A DNA stretch of 64,000 nucleotides from Eutreptiella sp. 'Long Island Sound 2002' (Eukaryota; Protista; Euglenida), in assembly GCA_964036045.1 (NCBI GenBank), contig OZ038378.1, positions 806,001 through 870,000 on the forward strand, given 5' to 3'. Positions 24,201 to 35,015 of this stretch are shown here, piece by piece (position 1 is the first letter of the stretch; each line of letters starts with the position of its first letter). Below the pieces are notes generated by a model, which was not told the DNA's origin, made no database searches, and saw only the letters and a program-made list of their open reading frames with translations. The translations under genes were made by a program, and so were the position numbers.

Positions 24201-24834
24201 GGTGTTGTGCCACTGTACTATCCCTCTATATCGGGGAGGGGGGCGGTTCTCGCTTGTTCCTGTTCCTATAGTCACTGACATCACTCTTGGTACTTGTGGA
24301 TCGCGCCCAAGTGAAGCGCGGGGGTAGGAAGCTTGGGCCAGGCTGGACTGTCATCAACTTCTCCAGTAGGGGGGCAAGGGGTTGGCGCACCTCCTTTTGT
24401 TGTTCTCACTGACATCCGTGCTGGGCAGCTTGGATCAGTTTGGGCTGTATCCACTGTCCTGTAAGGGGTGTGTGTGTGTGTGGGGGGGGGGGGGGGGTTG
24501 ATTCTTCTTTTTTGTGTGTTTTGCTGACGTCAGTGCTAAAATCAGACCCCTCTAGCCATCCATATAGCTTGCTGTCTTCTGAATCCGAGGCTTCACAGTG
24601 GAGTAGGCCTATCGCTGTGATTCTGTGTTCCTGGGATGTCTCTTCTTCTGCCTCACTCATTTCAACCAGGCCTAGCAACAACCATATGGCACCCGGCTGG
24701 TCGTCTGTTGAGCTGTTCATGCCATCCACCACCCATGTAACATTAGGCGGGGGGTGTCAGGCCTCACAAGTAAGCCCCCCCCCCCCTGCATTTAGCTAAT
24801 GAGACCAAACACATGCATTATATGTGTCTTATAC

Positions 24835-24861
24835 ATATGAGTCACCCTTAAAAGCTCATTG
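24835..24861. repeat. Candidate 27-bp target-site duplication, copy adjacent to the poly(A) tail
   Basis: ATATGAGTCACCCTTAAAAGCTCATTG versus ATATGAGTCATCGTGAAAAGCTCATTG at 30666-30692 (24/27 identical); abuts T12 at 24862-24873. Confidence 0.8.
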
Positions 24862-25051
24862 TTTTTTTTTTTTGACTGACTCCAGAAGTTCAAAGAGTAC
24901 TCAAGACTTTGCTTGGGAAAGTGGGCGACTCCAGCATATGATACAATGGATCCCTGCAACGCGGGGCACATGGCAAAGACCCAGAGTTCACATGCGTATA
25001 CCAGTGGGCTCTCTGATGCGGTAGGCAAAACCGCCACGCCATATGGCAAGC

Positions 25052-26370
25052 CTATAATGCGTAAGATTTAAGGGGATGAAGACATGCTGGATCACGGTGT
25101 GCCATTCCCCACGGGTCCTCAAGAGTGACAAGCTTTCGTCGCTTTGCAGGGGCCATGTCTGGTGGCGGGCGTTGGCCCAGGATGCCGGGCCTTTTGCGGC
25201 ACTGACGTTTGGGCAAAGGCGATTCCACCCGGTGGGCGGCGCGCTCAGATGCCCACAATTGGCTCATCACCGAAAAGAGCTGAATCCTTCGGTTATGCCG
25301 CTGGTAGTGTTGGTCTGCGGAGGTGGTCCACACTCTAGCACGTCGCAAAAGGGAGTGCCAGTGCCATGATTGCCGCACCACATCATCTAGCACGTCGCGG
25401 TATGAGTCCATCAGTGAGGCCCCGAGGACGGCACGTTGATGCAGAAACCAAGGCTGGGCTAGATACTGCATTGCCGAAGGTACCTGCTGTGCCCCTGGGT
25501 CCGCGGCAGTGGGACAGAGGCACTGGTCGAGATATTTCACCGCCCATGACCTGGTGTGGTACGACTGCGGCCGGTCCCATGTGCGCACCGCTCTACGGTG
25601 GGACATCTCTTGAGAGGCGCGGCCATCCCGTCGTGATGTTCTCTCCCGGGGCCCTGTATACCCTACTTGATTGCGGAGGATAGAGTCCGTGGGGTTCGGT
25701 CGTAAAGCTCGTGGGCGCAGCTTTGTGTACCATGCCGGCACCGCTGTGGAGGGCGTGGGCGGCACCTGTGGGTCGCGAGGGGGCATGCTGAGTTGGCCGC
25801 GCAGTTGGCATACGCCATGTAAAGCGTGGTACTGGTGCCATGCCACACGCTCCCTGAGGTCTACCCGCATTGTTCGGGGGATGTGGTCCCATAGGGACTG
25901 TGGTATGCGAAGGCAGGAGACATGGTGTAGGTCCGCCGCGGACGCCCTGTTCCACCATTCCGTTACCGTATCTTGCCACGGTCCCCAGGTGCTAAGCCAC
26001 ATGTTGCGAAATGCGACTTTCCAACGCATGCAGTGGATGAGGCGCTTGTGGACAGTGGTACCGTGATGGAGGGGACACATGGGGCATTTGGGGGTGGTAT
26101 GGTCCCACGGCGCGCCCGTCCCATCCCATCGTACCTGGCCCCACAGCCATTTAACCCACAGCATACGTCGGTCCCCGCGCATCGGCAGCCAGGATACCCA
26201 GTGCGCACCGTCAAAAGTGACAACACGCCTCCGCTGGAGGATCCATTTCCGCGCCGGAGTGGGGGCGGGCCCGCCGCACATTGCAATATCTTCGGGGTGC
26301 CGGGGGTCGTAATCCGGCACGGGTAGGCGCGTGGCCATCTTGGCGAGCAGGTCTACTTCCCCATTGCGCC
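25052..26370 (-). pseudogene. 5'-truncated non-LTR retrotransposon ORF2-like C-terminal fragment
   Basis: Over 430 open codons with CPMCPLHHGTTVHKRLIHC (C-x2-C-x8-H-x5-C, zinc-knuckle-like) in Trp-rich context, followed by about 180 nt and A12; no RT core motifs present. Confidence 0.55.
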
Positions 26371-27514
26371 GAATTAAAAAAAAAATTTTTTTTAATGGAA
26401 CCAATAGTATGGACTGGGACCACACCAGCACCAGTCTTGCACGCAGTGCCACTGAAATTTACTCCACCCATCTGGTGCTGTATGCTGCACTGCAAGCATA
26501 TCTGCCGGGTCACAGCGCATTTGTCACCTCTCCACTGCCCACTTGATGGCAAGGCCAACAAACGCACAGACAATTGGTGTTCTACCAATCACATTACAAG
26601 ATGCAGGGGCCCAAAATTACCGGGGCCCAAAATTACCGTCCAGAGATGTTCGGTTCCAAATACCAACAGCTGGCACATGCAATGGAAGGGGCATTGGAGC
26701 TCACAAAAGAGGGAACCTACTTTTTTCCAGCACTACTTGTGCAGTATGCCCCATGCCCCTGCTTTTCCTGAAATTCCGTGCACATCACAATAATTTTCGA
26801 ATCGCCGGTCTTCTTTGGTTTTACAAAAATTGGACCTCTAAGGTAAATCTGTTGAATGACTTCAATAGACAGTCTAACCTGTCTTTGAAGGCAGAGAATG
26901 TGCCAAATGCAGTGCATCCTAACCCTTTTCCACATGTTACCATAAGCTTGACAAATGTGTGATGAATGATCTGGACATGGGATTAGCTCAACACCTCAGC
27001 ACACCTCATAGTAGGTAGCAATGGAGTTGCTCCACTTCCTACCGAGAGGTCGCTGGATGCATTGTTGCAATAGTGCGTTGCTCCACCGCAAGTCCAACAA
27101 CATGCTTGTGGCAAACCCCAATTGCGCTCCTTGTAAAGGGCAGGCTGGGGTGGTTCCTGCCGGACTTATAATGCAATTTCAATGTTCAGGCAACAAACGC
27201 CCTGTGGCGCCATGCACACCGCTGCGCAGCGCAAACCAGAGCAGTGCCGAATGTTGCCTTCAGTTCTCCACTTATCGAAGGTTATCAAATATTTCTTGGG
27301 CTGTCTGGGTTAACTCATCCCCCTGCCACAGGTTGGCCTCAAACCATGCTGCACACGGGGGTTCAGTGGGGGTAGTTGAGCTCCAAAAGGAATGTTGTGA
27401 GTCACGTGACGGCACTGAAGCATTGAAGAACATGGGTACTAATACGCAAGGTGCCCAGGGAGGGTCAACACTTGCTCCCTCTGGCCATAGAGGTCAGGGG
27501 GTTTCGAACCTCCG

Positions 27515-28609
27515 ACTCGTGACTCAGTACTCCGCTCTGCCGGCATGGCACCCTGATCCCACGCCTCACACAAATGTCGGTACAAAACCCATTGGAAGGT
27601 TTCCATTGTGTGATGTGTGGCGAAATTCCGTCCATGCCCAGGAAATTTGTCCGAGGCTGTTGTGCCACTGCTAGACCTCCAATGTACTGGAAAGCAGCCG
27701 TTGCAGCAGTTATGGACTGATGAGCAGCAATCCTTACCACTGACATCCATCACTGCAGCTTGGCACTTGTAAAAGACGCACATGCCACATACATGACTTG
27801 AAGAAAAGGTTGGGAGTGGTGGTGGTCAGGATGGAGGGGGCAAGAAGGTGTGGCACAAGGCCTTGCAACGGTTACCAGCAAGGACAAGAGGAGGAGAGGT
27901 GATGCGATCGAAAGGAGCACGGTAAAGCCTGCCCTCTGCATTCCTCACCCGAACCAATGCTTTCGAAGGCAGATACCATAAACAGTGCAAGGGCCAAAGG
28001 TCATACCCATCCAACGCCGCCTCGCATGACCAAACATGCAACACAATACCCCAGTGCTTCCAACTCGTGACTCAGTACTCCGCTCTGCCGGCATGGCACC
28101 CTGATCCCACGCCTCACACAAATGTCGGTACAAAACCCATTGGAAGGTTTCCATTGTGTGATGTGTGGCGAAATTCCGTCCATGCCCAGGAAATTTGTCC
28201 GAGGCTGTTGTGCCACTGCTAGACCTCCAATGTACTGGAAAGCAGCCGTTGCAGCAGTTATGGACTGATGAGCAGCAATCCTTACCACTGACATCCATCA
28301 CTGCAGCTTGGCACTTGTAAAAGACGCACATGCCACATACATGACTTGAAGAAAAGGTTGGGAGTGGTGGTGGTCAGGATGGAGGGGGCAAGAAGGTGTG
28401 GCACAAGGCCTTGCAACGGTTACCAGCAAGGACAAGAGGAGGAGAGGTGATGCGATCGAAAGGAGCACGGTAAAGCCTGTCCTCTGCATTCCTCACCCGA
28501 ACCAATGCTTTCGAAGGCAGATACCATAAACAGTGCAAGGGCCAAAGGTCATACCCATCCAACGCCGCCTCGCATGACCAAACATGCAACACAATACCCC
28601 AGTGCTTCC
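27515..28609. repeat. Near-perfect tandem duplication, 548-bp period
   Basis: ACTCGTGACTCAG starts at 27515 and 28063; GTGCTTCC ends at 28061 and 28609; I noticed one substitution (GCCTGCCCT / GCCTGTCCT). Confidence 0.95.
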
Positions 28610-29315
28610 GTGCAACCCTCACATCCCATTACTCCGTGCAACACTCCATCACACGGTCACAGTGCAACACAATGTCGATGTGCGCTGACGTCCAACTCAG
28701 AGCGGAGGCAACAGGGCCGCCAGGGAACAGCAGTCCTCCACAGGAGGGGATGTTCAGGAAATCCCCTCTCCTTCTGGTGGTATGAAGAAATGAAGTTTGC
28801 AACGTCAGACAAGAAATGCAGTGCGAACATGTGCGATGGGTCTGGAGCAAATCTGGCTCCAAATGACGGTGGGAGGTCTTAGAGTCGCCACGGCTGTAGT
28901 GAGGGTCTAAAGCACTGTGGGGCATTGTTGATTGTTGTTGAGGGTTGTTCAGGGATGTGGACGGTTTCTGTTGCCATAGAGGAACGGTCAGGGCCGTTGG
29001 CGTGTTGAGGAATGGCGAGGGTCAACAGGGGTGAGCTGATCGACACAAGTGCCAGTTTGAATGGAACTCGTGTCCTGGTATTAGACCCCTATGAGGCTCA
29101 CTGAAGAAATGTTGAATTGGATTGAATATGGTGCATTACGTGAGTTATCAAGGGGATTCTAGGCCGGTCTGAACAAAGGGTCAACAAGGACTAGACATGA
29201 GACACTGTACATGGGAGCACGTTTAGACGTCAGCTCAACAAAAAAAAGGCTGCTGCTGACCTATACTGCTCTCTCTTCTGAACTTCCTCAACCTCCTCAC
29301 GACTCGCCGTTCTCA

Positions 29316-30620
29316 TTAGTCATCAGCGAACATGCAACAGAGAACACAGCAAAAAATTACGGCATAAATTGATGAGTACACGATCCACTGCACCATACAC
29401 GACGTGGTCTGCGATTGCAGTTCTGATTGCATGGTGTACGGAGTGTACTCAGACACCCAGTTGATAAAAAGCCTCTTGTACCCGCGATCAGAGGCAGGGA
29501 ATAATTTGGCTGCCGTGGTATATTGCCCATACTCCTCCGACTCCATCATTGCATACACCGACCGCGAGCGGTAGACTTGCGCAAATCCCCCAGGTCTGTA
29601 ATTCCATCCGCAATTCTGCTGAGCAGCTGCTCCACAATCTCCAGTGGTGGAGTAGCATATGGCAACTGGGATGATACCCTCGCAGTGGTCGGCGACCGGA
29701 CTTTTGTAATATCTGCCCGCATCCGTAACCGTCTTCAACTTCACTGGGGCTGCACAAAATGTGTAGCGCTTCCCCTCCGCCACAAGAACCTGCATCTTGA
29801 CGCTGGTGCGGTCGATCGTCCAATCGGGATCCGTAAAGCGAATCCATTCAATATCGTCATTCCAACGCTTCGGTGAAATAGTGGGGCCTGGGCTCTTCCA
29901 ACAATTCGCCTCAGCAATGTAGGGCATGATTGCCCGTTGGCACATAAAGGGCATGGTGTTGGTACACGCATTGACCTGGAATCCGTCCAGAGAAGCAGAT
30001 GCACACCCAGCCACGTGCTCATCTTGCGCCTTTTTCCATGGTCTGTATGCAGAAGGCAGCAGGGAGGGATAAACCCACTTGGCTTGAGTACTTGCAGCCG
30101 TCACACCACCTCCTGTTCCTGTGCTAAGCCCAGTCCAAAAGTTCGAAACGCTGGCATTCAGTGCTACTTGTCCCAAATAATTGAGCGCCCCGGGGGTTGT
30201 GATTGCCACAAGTTCCGCCTTTAGACCGTCGCAATGATCAGTCGCACTGTGCCAACTGCTCGGCTCCGTGAACAACTTGTAGCACTGATTGTCGTAACTG
30301 ACCCAACCGACGCCACAATCGGTTTGGTAGATCAAATCTCGTGACACGGCCACCTTTTGGGCAGTCACGGCAAGCGGAAACGAAGTCCCAAGAGCCATCA
30401 TAAACGAAACAATACAGAGTGCGATTCCAAGCTCCGAGTTGTCTTCATCGTCTGTGGTACCGGCAATTATCGCCAAGGCACAAATCCAAACGGCTGCCAT
30501 ACCAAAGTTGATAAGGAATGACCATCCCCATACTTCGAACAAGCCAACCATGTAACAAAGCCCAAGTTGTGTAAAGAACAAGATTGGACAAAGTATAATG
30601 CAAGGGGAAATCCGAGGCAT
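29316..30620 (-). CDS. Intronless multipass membrane protein with C-type lectin-like domain (434 aa); retrogene
   Basis: ATG at 30620 (MPRISPC); about 3 N-terminal hydrophobic segments; CGVGWVSYDNQCYKLF...SWHSATDHC...LVAI...FWTGL...C...C...FMCQ CTLD pattern; Cys-rich second region; C-terminal hydrophobic segment. Confidence 0.9.
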   Translation of the reverse strand: MPRISPCIILCPILFFTQLGLCYMVGLFEVWGWSFLINFGMAAVWICALAIIAGTTDDEDNSELGIALCIVSFMMALGTSFPLAVTAQKVAVSRDLIYQTDCGVGWVSYDNQCYKLFTEPSSWHSATDHCDGLKAELVAITTPGALNYLGQVALNASVSNFWTGLSTGTGGGVTAASTQAKWVYPSLLPSAYRPWKKAQDEHVAGCASASLDGFQVNACTNTMPFMCQRAIMPYIAEANCWKSPGPTISPKRWNDDIEWIRFTDPDWTIDRTSVKMQVLVAEGKRYTFCAAPVKLKTVTDAGRYYKSPVADHCEGIIPVAICYSTTGDCGAAAQQNCGWNYRPGGFAQVYRSRSVYAMMESEEYGQYTTAAKLFPASDRGYKRLFINWVSEYTPYTMQSELQSQTTSCMVQWIVYSSIYAVIFCCVLCCMFADD

Positions 30621-30636
30621 GGTAGCTGCAACCAAA

Positions 30637-30664
30637 CGAAAAAAAATAGACACTCAGAAAGTGT
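30637..30664 (-). other. Genomic copy of the complete 28-nt euglenid spliced-leader exon
   Basis: Minus strand reads ACACTTTCTGAGTGTCTATTTTTTTTCG, the euglenid SL as I recall it from the literature. It is followed by a 16-nt 5'UTR and ATG, not by the GT of an SL-RNA intron. Confidence 0.95.
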
Positions 30665-30665
30665 G

Positions 30666-30692
30666 ATATGAGTCATCGTGAAAAGCTCATTG
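30666..30692. repeat. Candidate 27-bp target-site duplication, copy adjacent to the SL
   Basis: Separated from the first SL base by a single nucleotide (30665); matches 24835-24861 at 24/27. Confidence 0.8.
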
Positions 30693-33600
30693 TGCACGAG
30701 GAGGCTCTCGGTCACTCCTCTTTTTTCGCTTACACCTAAGAACCGCAATGCTAATGCTATGCTTCTGCTTAGACTGTAAAATTACTGCTGTACCCTAGAA
30801 AATGCCCAACACGGTGGAGAACTCGGCTGCACAACTGCGTACGGCATGGGGCTGAGTTTGCCCCATTAGGGTCCTTATCAGGGAAAAAACAAGTGGTCTT
30901 GTACGCAAGTTTCCCAAAAAAGCCCGTGGGCACTCTATGTGTTCAACCACTACTTCCTAGCCCTTTATGTCGTCACCCACGGGTTCCCAACTGGTCAACC
31001 ATTGGTTCCTAGCCCCACATGTGTGCAATCACTCAACCATTTGTTTCTACCCCCACATGTGTTCAGTGATAGCACCTAAACCCCACCTGACACCTAGCAC
31101 AATTCAACATGAACCAATGTTTTTTTCATCAAATGTAGTGACACGGCGTTCGACCACCCGAATGTTCAATCGCCGGTGGCATGACTGATAACAAACTCCC
31201 TACAACTAGTACAACCATTGGAAGTGCACCTTGACACGCTCCATAAGCTCACCCTTCGCCCCTCTCACGCTCAACCCACACTTCCCGCAAATGGTCTTGA
31301 ACTCAACACTAGTCCACTCATCTTGCCCCTCTCCATTGCCTGCAACACCGCCTCATCCACATCATACGCGAACACCATTTGCGAGGGGGGTTCAAAGGAG
31401 GTAGAGGGGAGGACTAGTGGGTTATGAAGGTTAGAAGAGGAGCTGCGAGAAGAGGAGGTGCTGGCAACTACACCTACCTGGTCCAAATCCTCATCGTCAC
31501 TATCCTCGTCCTCCTCTGGCCCAACCCCGTGCACATCCCAAATATCGGTGTCACGAGTTGCCTTCTTGGGGACAACCCACAAACCTTGAATGTTCAAAGG
31601 AACCTATACCTATGCACCCTCTTCCAAAGAAACTTGCAAATCCTTGAAAGCAGCAAACCACCATCCTCAACCTCAACCACATGCCCTTCCGCTTCCGTGG
31701 GCAAAAAGGGGTCTTCCGGAGCTCATCAAACACCAAAAAGCAAAGGGCCCCAGTCCTATGTTGCTTCCCCACTACACCTCACCCATAGCGCCTCACACAT
31801 GCGCTCCGTGCTCTAACCAAATTCGGTGGCTGTCACGTAGCTGAACACTTTGACACGAACACGAGCTTGCCTCAACCCGATCCTCCACCGGACAACACAA
31901 ACCCACTACACTTCATCAAAGCGTGTTTGCACATGTTCAATCACAGTGCGAAGAAACTGTAGCCAGCTACCCTTGATGGGGCCACTCTCTACCTCAACAC
32001 CCAACGATTCCTGCCACCCCCCCCCCAGCATGATGTGACGCTTGGTGTGCAAAAGTTGGTTGAACACGAGTTTTTCATTACCCCCACACAGCCCCTCAAG
32101 CTAGGATCGTTGCCTCACACATGCAAGAGTCCTTCAGCTATGTACATAAAGTTTAGTCTAGGGTTAGCAAGATAAGCAAATTTAGTTAGGGTTAGGCAAA
32201 AGCATGCTGCATATGACGTTGACCAAACCCCGGACGGCGGCGACTTGAACACCCCTTGTCGCTTGAACTTTCTTGCTAGCGGCACAAACCATAGTCAAAC
32301 TTGAAAAGGGGGTGCAAAAGATCATCCAACAAGCCCTCGGCCTTCTCCCTACGCCCAAGGTCAACCTCATTATGAATGTACTCAGTAAGGCGCAAGAGAG
32401 TAGCAGGAAGGTTCTCTAGAACAATGTCTAACTCATGGAACAGCTTCAACCCATCACACACCAGTGCGACGAGAGAAACAAAGCTTACCACCTTTGCGCC
32501 ACGACCCGCGCATTCTTTTGGGACTAGTTTTGTAGAAACAAGCCAAGGACGGACAAGGACGGTTAGGTTCCCCATAGGTACAGAAACCACCAAAGCAAAG
32601 CTCGCGACAGCCTTGGGTTCCCGGAAGGTACTTCCGTAGCACTTGCCTCCACAAGCGATCAACGTGCACGGTATTGCTACGTAACCCGTGCGTTCTTGGG
32701 GGTCCCAACAAAAGGGGACAAAATCAAAAGTGGCTACATCACCCTTGCCTTCTCGGGGGCCTGAAAACGGGCGGCATTACTACGGTCCCCGAGAAAGGGG
32801 GGGGGACAAAAATGGCCTGTGTCGGGCCAATGGAAAAAGGCCCGTCGTCCTTAAGGGCTATCCTTAATAAAGAAAAAAATGGTTCCCAGAGGACCCCTGG
32901 ATGCCTTGGATGTGTCATATGACAACCGTACCCGATTCCGTTTGTATTCATCATTTGTGTCCATAAACACTCGCGACAGTGCAACTGTGCTAAAAACCCA
33001 ATGCTTGTGTGCTATTGTGACACGAAAGCAGGGTGTGGCGTGGGACACACATCTTGGGGGGCACTATGCGCACACATACAACCGTACACCCCCCAACCCG
33101 GGGCGCGGTAAAATGCACTCTTTTTAAAAACAAGCGCACATCAGGGCTTTAACCCCTTGGAACGGAAATGTATGACCAATGAGAATTTTACGGCGCCAAC
33201 GCTGTAGACATTGACGAATCTTAGTCAAATTTTACATTTTTTGTGTATTGAGTTGTATTTGAAAAATATAGCTCTGGCGGCGTTTTAAACTAATAGTGTA
33301 GGATCCAAACCTTGTTGAGAAATTGTAGGACGGGTCGTGGGCGTCCCTAGGGAAATGTATAAAAGAGACCTACAAAGGGGTAGATGGCTATAAGTTGCAT
33401 TTTACAGACAAGCTAGAAGATGTCCCCCTAAGTGGACAACAGCAAGAGGGGAAATATTGATCAAATATGCCCCAAACAGCCATTCAATGCTCCCAATTTT
33501 TGTAATTTTCAATGCAATCATTAACCCTCAATTCCACGTCTCATCACCAAAATGTTTATGGCGCTGGCCCCCTTAAAAAAAACGTTTTTGCTTGAGTGAT

Positions 33601-33980
33601 TGGAAACCCATACTATGACCGAAGAATGTGTTTTGTGTCTGATGGTGAAGGGTAGCGATGGACAAGTTGGAAGGAACCTGCATATTCCACTTATACCAAT
33701 GCTATGCTACCAATTATTCCCTCTCAGAGCTGACCATGTGGTCCCACCTGCACACCATGAGCCCCCCCCCCCCCAGAACAGTTGTTGCATCGGACGTCAC
33801 ATCAAAGGCTAAGTCCTCATTTGTTGCGGGCGCAGGATCAAAACCGGTGTACTGGGTACTGTAATGCCGTCCTGCTTCGTAGGGTCCTGATAGACAGGTG
33901 TTACGGCACCCGGTTTAGTTTTGTCATTTTCCACAGCATAAAATTTGGTCATCATCACTCAACTAGTCCTCGCTACGTTA

Positions 33981-34644
33981 CAGGGGGGGGGGGGGGGTGG
34001 ATTTTGCACCGGGAATTTTTCGCACGAGAAAATTTCGCACCGGGTTTATTTCACACAGTGGCCTGAAAATCACGCGGGAAATTTCGCACCTTTCCAGAAT
34101 TGTTGTTCGCTACTGAGCAGTTCCTGGCTTGCACTGCCAAATTCCAGCGTGGGCAAAGATTGTTTTGGAAATTCCCAGGAGCTTCCACGATTGCATTCTT
34201 TACTTTTAGGGGGTTCCTACATAACCTGGATCTCAATCCCATGCCCCAAGATTCAAGGCAATCCAGCACTAGCCCCTTTATCTGCTTTGGGGCACAACAA
34301 ACACCAATTCCCTCATCATCTGGGATTCCTTGATCCCTGGACCCCGATCCTTGATTCCCCGGAGCCTTTCCCCCTCCCCGGAACGTCCGCGTGGACTGTG
34401 CATAGACACCCTCCAGCCAGGGAGGGAGTCCGGATTTCAGGGGCTGCCTCCATCCTCTTCCCACACTGAGAAGCTCAAAAGCGAGAGAACAAAGAGATAG
34501 TGAAAATGCGCCCCAGTGGCTAAATTTCGCACCGGGTTTATTTCGCACAGTGGCCTGAAAATTGAGCGGGAAATTTCGCATACATTTGAAATACGAAATT
34601 TCCTACAATGAAATATTCCCCCGCGAAATATTCCCCCCCCCTTG
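33981..34644. mobile_element. MITE-like element with possible TA target duplication
   Basis: TA|CAGGGGGG...CCCCCCTTG|TA; about 60-bp direct repeat at 34031-34090 and 34523-34580 built from AAATTTCGCAC units. Confidence 0.5.
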
Positions 34645-34823
34645 TATGGGGTTCGTGACCGGCCGCCGCAAGGGGCGGCTGTTGCACCGACCTCCTCTAT
34701 CTCATTGTCAGACGCTACACGCTCCTTGGCTGTGGGGCAGCGCTTGCCACTGGGGTTGCCATTTTGATGCCTTTTGATACCTGCAGGTGACACAAAGAGC
34801 CCATTTCAACCAACCCGATGCAA

Positions 34824-35015
34824 ATTCTATTGCCTTCACCAAGGCTCCTCGAAGAGAGGCGAACAGCCAACCAATCGGTCAGTCTGTCAGGGAAGCCATC
34901 CGTTAGGTAGTCCGTCGGGCAAGCATGCAAGCAGGCATTTGGCTTTTTGTAGTGGCAGACTACGGGTACAAACAGTGGGGAGTTTGAAGTCTACAGGAAT
35001 TGGTAGTGGTAGAGT
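34824..35015 (+). mobile_element. SINE-like family A, copy 1 (others about 36009-36231 and 49049-49320)
   Basis: Shared TATTGCC...CCTCGAAGAGAGGC, (CAGT)-like microsatellite, TTTGG...CAGTGGGG, then a tRNA-like segment. Confidence 0.7.

Larger units (their letters stand above)
24862..30664 (-). mobile_element. Composite retroposed unit, 5.8 kb: SL + lectin mRNA ... LINE-like 3' end + poly(A)
   Basis: Starts with a full SL exon, ends with A12, and is flanked by the 27-bp imperfect direct repeat. Confidence 0.72.

Noticed and set aside
26984-29240. AGCTCAACA at about 26985 and 29233 as the TSD of an insertion in the lectin 3' region
   Set aside because: A 9-bp match is expected many times by chance in 3 kb, and no element ends support it.
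30637-30664. SL RNA gene
   Set aside because: The SL exon is followed by TTTGGTTGCAG and a CDS, not by a GT-starting SL intron; no 5S rRNA or tandem array nearby.
30716-30730. TCTTTTTTCG on the plus strand as a second, inverted SL
   Set aside because: Only the T-run and CG match; no other SL bases.
33140-33580. piggyBac or Kolobok element from TTAACCC and GGCCCCTTAA motifs
   Set aside because: No properly paired inverted termini or transposase remnant found.
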